64,000 nucleotides of DNA from an uncultured delta proteobacterium (lineage in GTDB: Bacteria > Desulfobacterota > RBG-13-43-22), in assembly GCA_963743305.1 (NCBI GenBank), contig CAVUPH010000021.1, forward strand, positions 1-64,000, in the 5' to 3' direction. Shown piece by piece: positions 27,914 through 38,161 of this stretch. A program made the translations under genes and the position numbers. Below the pieces are notes generated by a model. The model had not been told where the DNA came from. It saw only the letters and a program-made list of their open reading frames with translations, and searched no databases. Positions within the stretch are counted from its first letter, which is position 1. Each line of letters begins with the position of its first letter.

Positions 27914-28555
27914 ATGAATCATTTTATTGACCTGGCCTTGCTCTTGCTTATCCTGACTAATTTTTTACTGCTGGGATCAAGCCGTCTTCGAACCTGTATC
28001 CGTCTGGTGGCCTTTCAGGGTTTTATCCTTGGCCTGCTCCCTTTCTTTTTTTCTTCGGCCATGAGTTGGCGCACCACGGTCATCGCCCTGCTGGCCATGA
28101 TCCTCAAAGGCGGGGTGTTTCCCTGGCTCCTGTTACGGGCCTTAGGTCTGGCCAGCTTCCACCGCGAAGAGGAACCCTTTGTCGGCTATTCGACCTCGCT
28201 TCTGGTTGGGGTAGCGGCCCTATTGGCCTCTCTTTGGTTCGATACCCGTCTGGGTCTGCGGGTAGTGGTCGAAGACGGGTTGGCCGTGCCGCTCTCCTTC
28301 TTTACCATCCTGGTGGGCCTTTTTCTGTTGATGACCCGCAAAAAGGCCCTGACCCAAATATTAGGGTATCTGGTGCTGGAAAACGGCATTTACGCCTTTG
28401 GGATCTCCCTGGTCCGGGGCATTCCTTTTTCCGTGGAGCTTGGCGTGTTGCTGGATGTCTGGGTGGCCGTCTTTGTCATGGTGGTGGCCACCTATCACAT
28501 TAGCCGTCAATTTGAACATACCGACGTGGATAAACTGAACCGACTGAAAGGTTGA
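27914..28555 (+). CDS. hyfE: HyfE-like membrane subunit
   Basis: QILGYLVLENGI, VELGVLLDV. Confidence 0.9.
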   Translation: MNHFIDLALLLLILTNFLLLGSSRLRTCIRLVAFQGFILGLLPFFFSSAMSWRTTVIALLAMILKGGVFPWLLLRALGLASFHREEEPFVGYSTSLLVGVAALLASLWFDTRLGLRVVVEDGLAVPLSFFTILVGLFLLMTRKKALTQILGYLVLENGIYAFGISLVRGIPFSVELGVLLDVWVAVFVMVVATYHISRQFEHTDVDKLNRLKG

Positions 28556-28561
28556 TTTTTG

Positions 28562-30049
28562 ATGGATTTTGGAATGCTTCTCTGGCTTATCCTCCTGGTG
28601 CCGGTTGTTGCCGCCGGCCTTTGCCAGTTAATGAAACCGGGCCGGAAAATAATGGCCTTTATTTTGGCCGGAGTTCTGACCGACGGGGCCCTCTGCCTGA
28701 TTGCCGCCTACCGGGTGGTCATGGATGGCCCGGTGGCGGCCCTGGGCGGCTGGCTCTACCTGGACTCCCTTTCCGCCTATCACCTGGTGGTCATGTCCAT
28801 CGTCTTTGTCATGAGTTCTGTTTACGGCCGGCACTACTTTGATGAGGAACTCCGTTCGGGGCTGTTCACCTTGGCGGGGGTGCGTCGCTATGGAACGTTG
28901 TGGTTTGCCTCCCTGGCGGCCATGACCCTGGTTCTGGTTTCCAACAGCGTGGGGATCATGTGGGTCGGCATGGAGGCGACGACCCTGGTCACGGCCTTTC
29001 TCATCTGTGTGCACAAGGAGAAGGCCGCGATTGAGGCCATGTGGAAGTACTTGATCGTCTGCTCGGTGGGGATTGCCTTTGCCTTTTTGGGGACGATTCT
29101 GGTGGCGGCCTCGACCAATGCCCTTCCGGCCGGGATGGCCGACACCCTTTTCTGGACCAACCTGCGGACGGCCGCGGGATCTCTGGATCCAACCCTCATC
29201 AAAGCCGGATTTCTTTTCGTCCTGGTCGGGTATGGGACCAAGGCCGGGCTGGCCCCGATGCATACCTGGCTTCCCGATGCCCACAGTCAGGCCCCCACGC
29301 CGGTATCGGCTATTTTTTCCGGCTTTATGCTCACGGCCGCCCTTTACTGCATCATGAGACATATCGCCCTGGTGAACGCCGTCCTAAAAACCCCTCAATT
29401 TACCAATGATCTTATCCTCTTTTTCGGGGTGGTTTCCATCATGGTGGCCGCGGCTTTTATCCTGATTCAGCATGATGTCAAACGGCTCCTGGCCTATCAT
29501 AGCGTCGAGCATCTGGGGATTATTGCCCTTGGTCTGGGGTTGGGTCCCCTGGGGGTTTTTGCCGCCCTGTTTCACACCCTGAACCACTCGGTCTGCAAAT
29601 CCTTGGGGTTCTTCTGTGCCGGGAGCTTGGGAAAAATCTATCAAACCTATGATATGAGGCAAATCAAAGGGGCCCTGCATGTATCGCCCATCTGGGGCAC
29701 TGGGCTTTTGGGAAGTTTGCTGGCCCTCATCGGCGTTGCCCCCTTTGCCCTTTTTATCAGCGAATGGCTGATCGTCAAGTCGGCCATGGAGACTCGGTCC
29801 ATCGTTCCTCTGATTTTTTTTCTCTTCGGCAGCAGCGTGGTTTTCGTGGCCGCCTTGCAGCATGCCATTCCCATTGTCTGGGGAAAACCGTCCCTCGCCC
29901 CGGAGACCGTTCCGGAACGGGCCAGGCCCACGGAAATTTCCCTGGTTTTTGTTTCCCTGGGTCTGTTGCTGGTCCTGGGGATCTGGATGCCGCCAGGGTT
30001 GCGGCAGATGCTGGAACAGGCGGCCCTAATCGTGGGGGGGGCCAAATGA
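28562..30049 (+). CDS. hyfF: HyfF-like antiporter subunit
   Basis: EAMWKY, GYGTKAGLAPMHTWLPDAHS, KRLLAYHSVEH. Confidence 0.9.
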   Translation: MDFGMLLWLILLVPVVAAGLCQLMKPGRKIMAFILAGVLTDGALCLIAAYRVVMDGPVAALGGWLYLDSLSAYHLVVMSIVFVMSSVYGRHYFDEELRSGLFTLAGVRRYGTLWFASLAAMTLVLVSNSVGIMWVGMEATTLVTAFLICVHKEKAAIEAMWKYLIVCSVGIAFAFLGTILVAASTNALPAGMADTLFWTNLRTAAGSLDPTLIKAGFLFVLVGYGTKAGLAPMHTWLPDAHSQAPTPVSAIFSGFMLTAALYCIMRHIALVNAVLKTPQFTNDLILFFGVVSIMVAAAFILIQHDVKRLLAYHSVEHLGIIALGLGLGPLGVFAALFHTLNHSVCKSLGFFCAGSLGKIYQTYDMRQIKGALHVSPIWGTGLLGSLLALIGVAPFALFISEWLIVKSAMETRSIVPLIFFLFGSSVVFVAALQHAIPIVWGKPSLAPETVPERARPTEISLVFVSLGLLLVLGIWMPPGLRQMLEQAALIVGGAK

Positions 30050-31566
30050 AGGGCCGGTCTTTTATGCGTTTCCACAATGGGGAACAAATCGATCTGGTGG
30101 ATATTCCCCTGGTGGATAGGAACACCTTCAGGTCCGTGGTCATTCATGAAGTGGAATCCGGCGGCCGCATCAATGGTCTTTTTATTTGGCCGAACGACAG
30201 CCAAACCTGGCTCGTGGGGATCTTGGGCCACGCCGAAACGGGCAGTTTCACCATCCTCAGCGCACCGGTTGATGCGGCTTATCCGGCCCTAACGCCTGAG
30301 TGTCCGCAAGCCCACTGGTTTGAAAGAGAAATCGCCGAACAGTGGGGGATTCGTCCGGAAGGTCATCCCTGGCTCAAACCGATCCGTTTTCACGGTCCTT
30401 ATCGCCCGGGACCGGATGTGTGGGGGAAAGACACCGGGAGCCCGATCTTGCCGGGGGTGACTGATTTTTTTCAGGTCGCAGGTGTTGAGATCCACGAGGT
30501 GGCCGTGGGTCCTGTCCATGCCGGTATCATTGAACCGGGGCATTTCCGGTTCCAGTGCCACGGGGAAAAGGTTTTGCACCTGGAAATCGCCCTGGGATTC
30601 CAGCACCGGGGAGTGGAAAAGGCCCTGCAGGGCGGACCGGACAAACGGACGATTCATTATATGGAAACGCTGGCCGGCGACACCACCATCGGTCATGCCA
30701 CCGCCTATGCCCAGGCCATTGAGTCCCTTTCCGGCTGCCATCCGACGGCTCGGGCCCAGGCCCTCCGGGGAATCGCCCTGGAGCTGGAACGGGTAGCCAA
30801 TCACATCGGCGACCTCGGAGCCGTTGCCGGCGATATCGGATACCTGCCCACGGCTTCTTTTTGCGGACGAATCCGGGGGGATTTTCTAAATATGACCGCC
30901 CTGGTTTGCGGAAACCGATTCGGAAGGGGCTGGATACGGCCGGGGGGAGTCGGGTTTGACCTGGACGCGGAAAGGGCCTCCGCGCTGGCCGACAGGATCA
31001 AAAAAGGGCTGGCCCAGGTGGCCGATGCCTTTCATCTGCTGCAGCACACTCCGTCCGTGCGGGCCCGCCTGGAAGATACGGGTATGGTGCCCAAAAAAAC
31101 CGCCCGGGATCTGGGGCTGGTGGGACCGGCGGCCAGGGCCTGCGGGCTTAAGCGCGATGTGCGTTTCGAATTCCCCTCCGGGATCTACACCGTGAGTCAT
31201 ATCCCGCTTTCCACCTGGGAAGGGGGAGACGTCTTTGCCCGGGTCTATGTCCGCTGGCTGGAAATACAGAAATCCGGCGATTTTATTTTAGACCAACTCC
31301 AGGCCCTGCCCGGGGGGGCCCTTTTTAAGGAATCAGGCCCGTTGGCCGCCTCAAAAATGGTCGTCTCGCTGGTGGAAGGGTGGCGTGGAGAGATCTGCCA
31401 TGTGGCCATAACGGACAAAACCGGCCGGTTTGTCCGTTACAAGATAATCGACCCTTCCTTTCACAATTGGATGGGGCTGGCCATGGCGCTCAGAAATCAG
31501 CAGATCTCCGATTTTCCGCTGTGCAACAAAAGTTTCAATCTCTCTTACTGCGGTCACGATCTTTAA
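30046..31566 (+). CDS. Ehr large subunit (HyfG/HycE/NuoCD-like, lacking Ni-binding CxxC motifs)
   Basis: VGPVHAGIIEPGHFRF; L1 site reads ETLAGD, L2 site reads PLCNKSFNLSYCGHDL. Confidence 0.9.
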   Translation: MKGRSFMRFHNGEQIDLVDIPLVDRNTFRSVVIHEVESGGRINGLFIWPNDSQTWLVGILGHAETGSFTILSAPVDAAYPALTPECPQAHWFEREIAEQWGIRPEGHPWLKPIRFHGPYRPGPDVWGKDTGSPILPGVTDFFQVAGVEIHEVAVGPVHAGIIEPGHFRFQCHGEKVLHLEIALGFQHRGVEKALQGGPDKRTIHYMETLAGDTTIGHATAYAQAIESLSGCHPTARAQALRGIALELERVANHIGDLGAVAGDIGYLPTASFCGRIRGDFLNMTALVCGNRFGRGWIRPGGVGFDLDAERASALADRIKKGLAQVADAFHLLQHTPSVRARLEDTGMVPKKTARDLGLVGPAARACGLKRDVRFEFPSGIYTVSHIPLSTWEGGDVFARVYVRWLEIQKSGDFILDQLQALPGGALFKESGPLAASKMVVSLVEGWRGEICHVAITDKTGRFVRYKIIDPSFHNWMGLAMALRNQQISDFPLCNKSFNLSYCGHDL

Positions 31567-31575
31567 GGAGCAGCG

Positions 31576-32346
31576 ATGTTTAAGGCACTGGCCACGCGAT
31601 TAAAGCAAGGTCGGCGGACCATCCCTTTCCCGCCTCGGGAAACGGGGCTTTCCGACCGCTACCTGGGCCGTCCGGAAATCGATTCCTCAAAATGCTCTCC
31701 CAACTGTCAGGCCTGTGAAAATGTTTGCCCGACAAAGGCCCTGTCAATCACCCCGGGGGGACTTCATCTCGACCTGGGCCGGTGTCTCTTTTGCGGGGAA
31801 TGCCGACAGGCCTGCCCTGCCGGTGTCATTGATTTTGGCCAAGATTACCGGCTCTCCGTTCGCCATCGGGAAGATCTCATCATTCCGGGGGAGAAGTTTT
31901 TATTGGCCGACCCGCTTGAAGACAGCTTAAGGCGCTTATTCGGACGATCCTTGAAACTGCGCCAAGTTTGTGCCGGAGGGTGCAATGCCTGCGAGGCCGA
32001 TGTTAATGTCCTGGGAACGATCACCTATGATATGGGACGGTTCGGAATTGAATTCGTCGCTTCTCCCCGCCATGCCGACGGGCTGCTGATCACCGGACCG
32101 GTGACTCAAAACATGGCTTTAGCCCTCCAAAAAACCTTTGAGGCGGTCCCCTCTCCCAAGATCGTTATAGCCTCCGGGGCCTGCGCCATATCCGGCGGCC
32201 CCTATGCGGATCATGCGGAGGTGCAAAACGGCTGCGCCGCTACTGTCCCGGTTGATCTTTATATCCCGGGATGCCCGCCCCATCCCCTGACCATACTCGA
32301 TGGCCTGTTGCGTCTTCTCAATCGGGTTCCCGGGGGGAATGAATAG
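31576..32346 (+). CDS. Ehr small subunit: 2x[4Fe-4S] ferredoxin fused to a NuoB/HyfI domain
   Basis: CQACENVCP, CLFCGECRQACP, GGCNACE, SPRHAD, IPGCPPHP. Confidence 0.9.
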   Translation: MFKALATRLKQGRRTIPFPPRETGLSDRYLGRPEIDSSKCSPNCQACENVCPTKALSITPGGLHLDLGRCLFCGECRQACPAGVIDFGQDYRLSVRHREDLIIPGEKFLLADPLEDSLRRLFGRSLKLRQVCAGGCNACEADVNVLGTITYDMGRFGIEFVASPRHADGLLITGPVTQNMALALQKTFEAVPSPKIVIASGACAISGGPYADHAEVQNGCAATVPVDLYIPGCPPHPLTILDGLLRLLNRVPGGNE

Positions 32347-32442
32347 AATTTCCCGAATTGCTGCCTGGGGATAACGTCTTGAATATAGGGCCGCACATCA
32401 AAGGCCGGTTCCCTGAAGTTGATATTCACCCGGTTGATGATA

Positions 32443-32757
32443 CGGGGAGAGACCATCTACTCCTATCCCCCCTTGCGGATGTTCGAGATTTGGAAGGATC
32501 GGTTTTTTAACGCGGCCCGCTCAAAGTCGGAAAGGTTGCTTTTGGCCGGGATCGACTACAGCGAGGAGCCCCTGGCGGCCTATATCGCCGCCCAACCACC
32601 CCGCTCCTTCTGCCGAACCTTTGCCGAGCGTCAAGGTAAAAAAATTGGCTATCTGCCGATCGGCCAGTTTTCACCGGCATTGCTTAAATCGATCCGTTTT
32701 TTTCACGTGTTGGAGAGCCACGAACTGCGTGCGGCCGCCCACCGGTATATTCGTTGA
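32443..32757 (+). pseudogene. Duplicated, internally deleted 3' end of the 22248-24092 gene (direct repeat copy 2)
   Basis: 32443-32471 matches 23388-23416 and is joined at CTATCCCCC to a copy of 23798-24096. Confidence 0.9.
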
Positions 32758-33065
32758 TTTTCTTGAAGAATTCCATTGACCTGGATTTTGGGGCTTCCGC
32801 GACTCCATCGTCTCCTTGAACTATGAGGTCCGCCGGAGGCCCAGGGTGTAGTTCGTCCCCTTTTTGGTAGTCCCCCCCCGTTTCCCCTTCTTCCCGGCGG
32901 TGCGCAATGTCTAATCCTTCAACACCCCTTTTCTTTCAGAATACCTCCCCCTTGCTTTGGGGCCAATTTATTCCCTTGCTCTCGTCTTTTCCTTTTTATA
33001 TACTCGTTCCAGCTTTAAGAAAATACTTATCAATATTAAATACCTGTCCTTAAAGAGAGGCCTCC

Positions 33066-34316
33066 ATGAGTCGTTTTGGTGCAATAGCTAGGCGGTGTGC
33101 ATTTGGCGCGGCACTACCAATAATGTTTGTGATTATCTCAACCTCGGCATCGGCCCAGGGTGACACGGTCACCATGGAGGCCAACACTGATCGCATGGGC
33201 GGCGACTATCGCCGCATCGATGCCAGCCCGTCGGTGGAGGCATGCCATTCCGCCTGCGTCGCCGATAAGGAGTGCGACGCCTATACGTACGTGAAGTCCG
33301 CACACCATTGCTGGCTGAAGAAGGGCGTACCCGGGCCGGCCCCCAATAACGACACCGTATCCGGCGTAAAGAAGCGCGCGGTCGGGGGCGGAAGCTGCGC
33401 GACCGTGAATGGAATGACCTGCGAGCCCAATACCGATCGGATGGGCGCTGACTACCGAAGAATCGATGCCGCGCCTTCGGTGCAGTTCTGTCAGAACCAA
33501 TGCGCCACGGACCCCAAGTGCGCCGCGTACACCTATGTGAAGTCTGCCTTCCATTGCTGGTTGAAGACCGGCGTACCCAATGCAGCGAGCAACAGCGATA
33601 CATACTCTGGCGTGAAGTTACGGGGACCAACTCCTGCGACGACGCCCGCAAAAGAACCCGTGGATTCAAAAACATATCTTGATCCAAAGATCAATGGACG
33701 CCATGTGGATAATTGCCTGAACTGGGGGAGCAACTGTCAAAAGCCGGCCGCAGACTATTTCTGCCGGCAAAATGGTTTCTCCGGTGCGATTTCGTTCGAA
33801 CTTGCCAAGCGTCGCCCAACGTGGGTTATGGGAGATAACAAGGAATGTAACGAGGACTTCTGCCTCGGATTCTCGCGCATCGTATGTGGGGGCGGAACCG
33901 CGAGCGCCCCTGCCGATCGGAGCGGCTCGGATGAAAGCAGAACGAAGATCGGCCAACCCGGGAATGAATCGGTTATATTTTATAACGGCAATGAAGCCGG
34001 TGTTTCACCGGGAGGTAAAAATCCGCGCTTCAGTATAGACCGTCCAGTACGGATCACTTATATTTTTACCTATCATTATGGCTACACGGGGGCGCCGGGA
34101 AATATACGGATAATGAACGTAAATGGTGCCGAGATAGGTATCTGGCAGGCACGAGGAAGGTCAGGAAGTCCTAACCCATCGTATTATTGGGAGATTACAC
34201 CGAATGTCGAACTGCAATCCGGCACCTACTTGATAGAAACCTCCAGTCGGGGCTCTTGGTCACAAAACGCGGGATCAGGGGGATACGGCATGGTACAGAT
34301 CAAGGGCGTTCACTAA
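33066..34316 (+). CDS. Secreted PAN/Apple-repeat, cysteine-rich protein
   Basis: Signal peptide; two NTDRMGxDYRR...C...C..D..CxAYTYV...CWLK repeats; further Cys-rich and beta domains. Confidence 0.85.
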   Translation: MSRFGAIARRCAFGAALPIMFVIISTSASAQGDTVTMEANTDRMGGDYRRIDASPSVEACHSACVADKECDAYTYVKSAHHCWLKKGVPGPAPNNDTVSGVKKRAVGGGSCATVNGMTCEPNTDRMGADYRRIDAAPSVQFCQNQCATDPKCAAYTYVKSAFHCWLKTGVPNAASNSDTYSGVKLRGPTPATTPAKEPVDSKTYLDPKINGRHVDNCLNWGSNCQKPAADYFCRQNGFSGAISFELAKRRPTWVMGDNKECNEDFCLGFSRIVCGGGTASAPADRSGSDESRTKIGQPGNESVIFYNGNEAGVSPGGKNPRFSIDRPVRITYIFTYHYGYTGAPGNIRIMNVNGAEIGIWQARGRSGSPNPSYYWEITPNVELQSGTYLIETSSRGSWSQNAGSGGYGMVQIKGVH

Positions 34317-34479
34317 CCCCCCTGGGTCCGGACTTTTCTGGTTTGCCGATACCCGATTGAAGGGAAGCGCCAATGACCGTCAAAGATCCCTTTGGCAACG
34401 GTTATTGCCATCGCGATGGTCGGCTCCTGTTGGGCTAAGTCGATACTCGGACATCAACGAAAAAGCGAAATGAACCAAA

Positions 34480-34990
34480 TCAACGAGATAGTTTTGCGGT
34501 TACTTGATACAACATACGGAAACCCGGCGCCACTTTTTGATCCGGGTCTCCGAGAAGATCCTTCAATTGGTGCGGGGTAAAAAATCTTCCTTCGGTGGCC
34601 TCTTCCAGGTTCAGGCGGATAGGTTCGTCGGTCCGGCCGACAAAAAGGGTTACAAATTCCCAACCGGTTTCTTGACCGGCCGGATGCCGGTAGACCTCGG
34701 TTAATTCGGTAGTAATCCCCAGTTCCTCAGCCAGTTCCCGATGTGCGGCTATTTCCTTCGCTTTCCCCGGGGTTCAGGTGGCCGGCGGCCGAGGAATCCC
34801 AATGTTCCGGGTATTGGTCTTTTCGAGGGGATCGTTTCTGCAGATAGATTTCCCCCCGAGAATTAAAAATGAAAATATGCACCGAACGGTGCCAAAGCCC
34901 TTGCCGGTGGATCTCCGCCCGGTCCCGGATCCCGGTGACCCGGTTGTTTTCATCGACTATTTCCAAGATTTCATGTTCGGGAGAATGGGT
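34480..34990 (-). pseudogene. NUDIX hydrolase (IDI-like) with a +1 frameshift inside the Nudix box
   Basis: HRSVHIFIFN..LQKRS..AAGHLNPGES then EIAAHRELAEELGI in another frame; start unclear. Confidence 0.8.
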
Positions 34991-35080
34991 GCATCGGTTT
35001 TTCCTGCCTTTTGGTTTAATACGAAAATAAAATCGAATTTCGAATATTGAACACCGAATTTCGAATGATGAAGTGGTTCT

Positions 35081-35208
35081 TCGTAGGGGCGGCGACCCCG
35101 CCGCCCAACCCGAGGCTGGATTTGACCACCGTCTCCTTAGCTTTACCTTGGATGTGGAGTGAACCGTATCCCTCACCCAGCCGGCAGGCGGAGTCGCCCG
35201 CCCTACGA
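35081..35208. repeat. GTAG/CTAC REP-like doublet
   Basis: TCGTAGGGGCGGCGACCCCGCC...GGCGGAGTCGCCCGCCCTACGA. Confidence 0.7.
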
Positions 35209-35349
35209 AAAACGAAAACTTGAAATATTTCATGCTTCCTGGGAGCCCGCCTCGGACACGGGGGAATTAGGGCTTGAAAACCAAAGGCATCTTTCTCATA
35301 GTAATAGGGAAGTGAGGATTCAGTCGTCCGAATACAGTGAGGAGTGCCC

Positions 35350-36414
35350 ATGGTTATTAAAATTAGCTTCTTGATATTATTGCTGGTTTGATTTATTCCG
35401 GTTCGCGGTCCTTTCCTCAAAACAATTCTCCGGCGAGTTGACTACGAAAGCCTGGCGAAGAAAAAGGCCCATCATCGGAACTCCGGATTTTTCAACCCCT
35501 GGCTGATCGAAAACCAACCCGGGGGGTTATGGCGTTTCCTGCGGTGGAAATTGGGCTCCAACCCGTATGCCAAGGAGAAAAAGAAACCCATTCAGTTTCC
35601 CAGTATCCCGACCAATGTCAAGAAAATTCAAAGCCACGGGGATTCCATCACCTATCTCGGTCACGCCACCCTCTGGATCCGGCTGAAGGGCCAGAATATT
35701 ATCACCGACCCGGTTTTCGGGGATATCGTTTTTTTTGTCAAGCGGCACGCGCCCTTCCCGATTCCTTTGGAGGATCTTCCCGACTTCCAGGTGGTCCTAA
35801 TTTCGCACGGCCACTTTGATCACCTGAATGAGGACAGTATTCGCCGACTGGGCACCGCGCCCCTGTATTTGACCCCGCTCGGCTATAAGGATTGGTTTGA
35901 ATCCGTGGTCCCCGGGGCTCGGGTAGTGGAACTGGACTGGTTTGGAACCTATACCTACCAGGGTATTACCTACCGACTGCTTCCGGCCCAGCATTGGACC
36001 AAGCGGTCGCTTTTCGATACCAACCAACGCCTCTGGGGGTCTTGGCTGGTAGAGGGCGGCGGGCGAAAGGTTTTTTTTGCCGGAGATTCGGGTTATTTTT
36101 CCGGTTACCGGGAGTTCGGCAAAAAATTCGGCCCCCTGGATGCGGCCCTGATGCCGGTAGGGCTCTATGAACCGCGCTGGTTCATGCAATCCTATCATAT
36201 GGATCCTCGGGAAGCGATAAAAGCTACTTTGGAGATGCGGGCTAAGGTTCTTATTCCTCAACAATGGGGGGTCTTTGATTTAACCGATGAGCCGATGGAC
36301 CTGCCACCCAGGGATTACCGGGAAGCTGCCGGAGCGGCCGGCTTGAACGAACAATCTACCCCTTTGGTCGAACATGGGGGGACCTGGTATTTCCCGGATC
36401 AGTATAATCGCTGA
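35350..36414 (+). pseudogene. MBL-fold hydrolase (RomA/NAPE-PLD-like) with an in-frame TGA at 35389
   Basis: GAGGAG + ATG 35350 in frame with FFNPW, LGHAT, SHGHFDHL, PAQHW, FAGDSGY. Confidence 0.75.
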
Positions 36415-36550
36415 CTGCGGGTCCTTACACGAGAAGGGGTTTTACGCTTAACGATCGATTCCAGGGGACGCCTGAAGGAAAGAGTAAAGATTTTTCCCGA
36501 ATCTGTCGATACAAGAATACACCAATCTCTTTTCGGGGAGGAGACTCTTC

Positions 36551-36904
36551 TTGGTCCAGATAAATAATACGACCTTGTCGGCGCTGCGGGCCTTTGAGCG
36601 GAAATTCCAGGTAACCGCCAACAATATCGCCAATGTGAACACGGACGGTTTCAAGAAAAGCCGGACCTTACTAAAGGACAATTACCCGGCAGGGGTGGAA
36701 GCGGTGATCGACCGGGTCGACACCCCGGGGTTCCTTAGGCCCGCCGAGGACGGAAGTCCGGATATGAGGGAATCGTCCAACGTGGACTTGGAGGGAGAAC
36801 TCGTGGGGCTGGTCCTCACCAAACGGGATTACCAGGCCAATATAAATGCCTTAAAGCTGGAAGAAGGGACTATCGGCACAGTCCTGGATCTTATCGCCAA
36901 GTAA
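36551..36904 (+). CDS. Stand-alone flagellar basal-body rod (FlgC-like) domain protein
   Basis: TANNIANVNTDGFK and SNVDL...YQAN. Confidence 0.8.
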   Translation: MVQINNTTLSALRAFERKFQVTANNIANVNTDGFKKSRTLLKDNYPAGVEAVIDRVDTPGFLRPAEDGSPDMRESSNVDLEGELVGLVLTKRDYQANINALKLEEGTIGTVLDLIAK

Positions 36905-36924
36905 CTGTTTTTCAATACAAATTA

Positions 36925-37191
36925 TTACCTGCCGCGAAAACCACGTCTAACTATAGCTTCCTTTACCAACAAGGTGTTTCCTTTGAAGTCGGTTCGATGA
37001 TGCATGGATATGGCCCGACGGGCCTCCCACTGAGTGGACATTTCCACAAAGGCAATCCCTTTGGGCTGGCCGGTCTGCCGATCAGAGACAATTTTTACGG
37101 ACACGACCTCCCCGGCATTGGAGAAAAGGGTTTTGAGTTCGGGTTCACTGGCCTGAGCAGGGAGATTGGCCACATAAATTTTTTTGTTCAT
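36925..37191 (-). CDS. RRM RNA-binding protein
   Basis: KIYVANL (RNP2), KGIAFVEM (RNP1), RBS GGAGG. Confidence 0.92.
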   Translation of the reverse strand: MNKKIYVANLPAQASEPELKTLFSNAGEVVSVKIVSDRQTGQPKGIAFVEMSTQWEARRAISMHHRTDFKGNTLLVKEAIVRRGFRGR

Positions 37192-37607
37192 TAGACCTCC
37201 TGAATTATAAAAAAACCCGCAAAGAAGTTGTCGAGGGTTCTTTGCGGGCCCAATCAACAACTTAGATAAAGTTCTTGGGCACGATGCAACCAAATGTTCC
37301 TATTATATCCCTGCTTATTACTAAAAGCAAGCAAATCGGCCTGGTTTCGGGTTATCGGAAATTATTTAATGATTTCAATTAGGCAGCCGACAAGGCTGTG
37401 GGTATTATGAGGTAAAACCCCCTACTGTCAATTGTCCGGCGAGGTCGGTTAATATAATAAGGCACTTCGACCCTTCGGATGCCAGCCTTCCGCAGGTGCT
37501 ATGAAGGCCAGCGGGTCAGCTTCGACAGCGAGTTTGGCAAAAAAGGACCGTCGGTGGTCAACGGCATGAACTATTTGCTTGCGGTCGGTGAAATCAATGG
37601 ATAGACT

Positions 37608-37625
37608 TGTACAGTAAATTGGACA
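37608..37625 (+). promoter_or_regulatory. yefM-type operator
   Basis: TGTACA-N6-TGGACA directly upstream of the yefM-like gene. Confidence 0.5.
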
Positions 37626-37636
37626 GGAGTGTTGCT

Positions 37637-37885
37637 ATGCGTATTGTAAATTTTTCTGTGGCACGAAACGCCCTCAAGGGTATATTAGATCAGGCTGTCA
37701 CGGATGCCGATTTCACCGTGATCACACGTCGTGACGCGCCGGATGCGGTGGTAATGTCGCTCGACACTTTCAACAGCCTGATGGAAACCGTCCACCTGCT
37801 TAAGTCCCCGGCTAATGCCGCGCACTTGGCGCGTTCGATCAAGCAGTACCGTAGCGGCATTATGAATAGTACAGCTTCTATTTGA
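37637..37885 (+). CDS. Phd/YefM antitoxin (orphan)
   Basis: FSVARNALK...AVVMSL..FNSLMETVHLLKSPANAAHL. Confidence 0.88.
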   Translation: MRIVNFSVARNALKGILDQAVTDADFTVITRRDAPDAVVMSLDTFNSLMETVHLLKSPANAAHLARSIKQYRSGIMNSTASI

Positions 37886-38161
37886 AAAGCCCAACCCCGC
37901 CTAATCCCATCTTCTTCAGAAACCCCCTCTTTCCCTAAATCCTCCGAACGTGTCAGGGGTTTTCTTTGGGTTCACTTTTCGATTGACAATACCTCCAAGA
38001 ATTGATTTCATTGACCCGTCTTTACGAATAATCCTACAATCAGCCCCAGCTTTAAAGCAAGGTGATTTTATAAATTAAACGATCCCATCGGGCCTTTAAT
38101 CCTCGTTTAACGTCCAACAGAAAGACGGGTGGAACAAAAGGTGCCAACCAAGACCAATAGG

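Noticed and set aside
30046-31566. Group 4 [NiFe]-hydrogenase call
   Set aside because: Both Ni-binding CxxC motifs are absent
35389-35391. In-frame TGA as selenocysteine
   Set aside because: Lies in a signal peptide, not a catalytic Cys position; no convincing SECIS seen
37430-37540. Possible tRNA or ncRNA before the yefM islet
   Set aside because: No cloverleaf, T-loop or CCA, and no recognisable riboswitch motif
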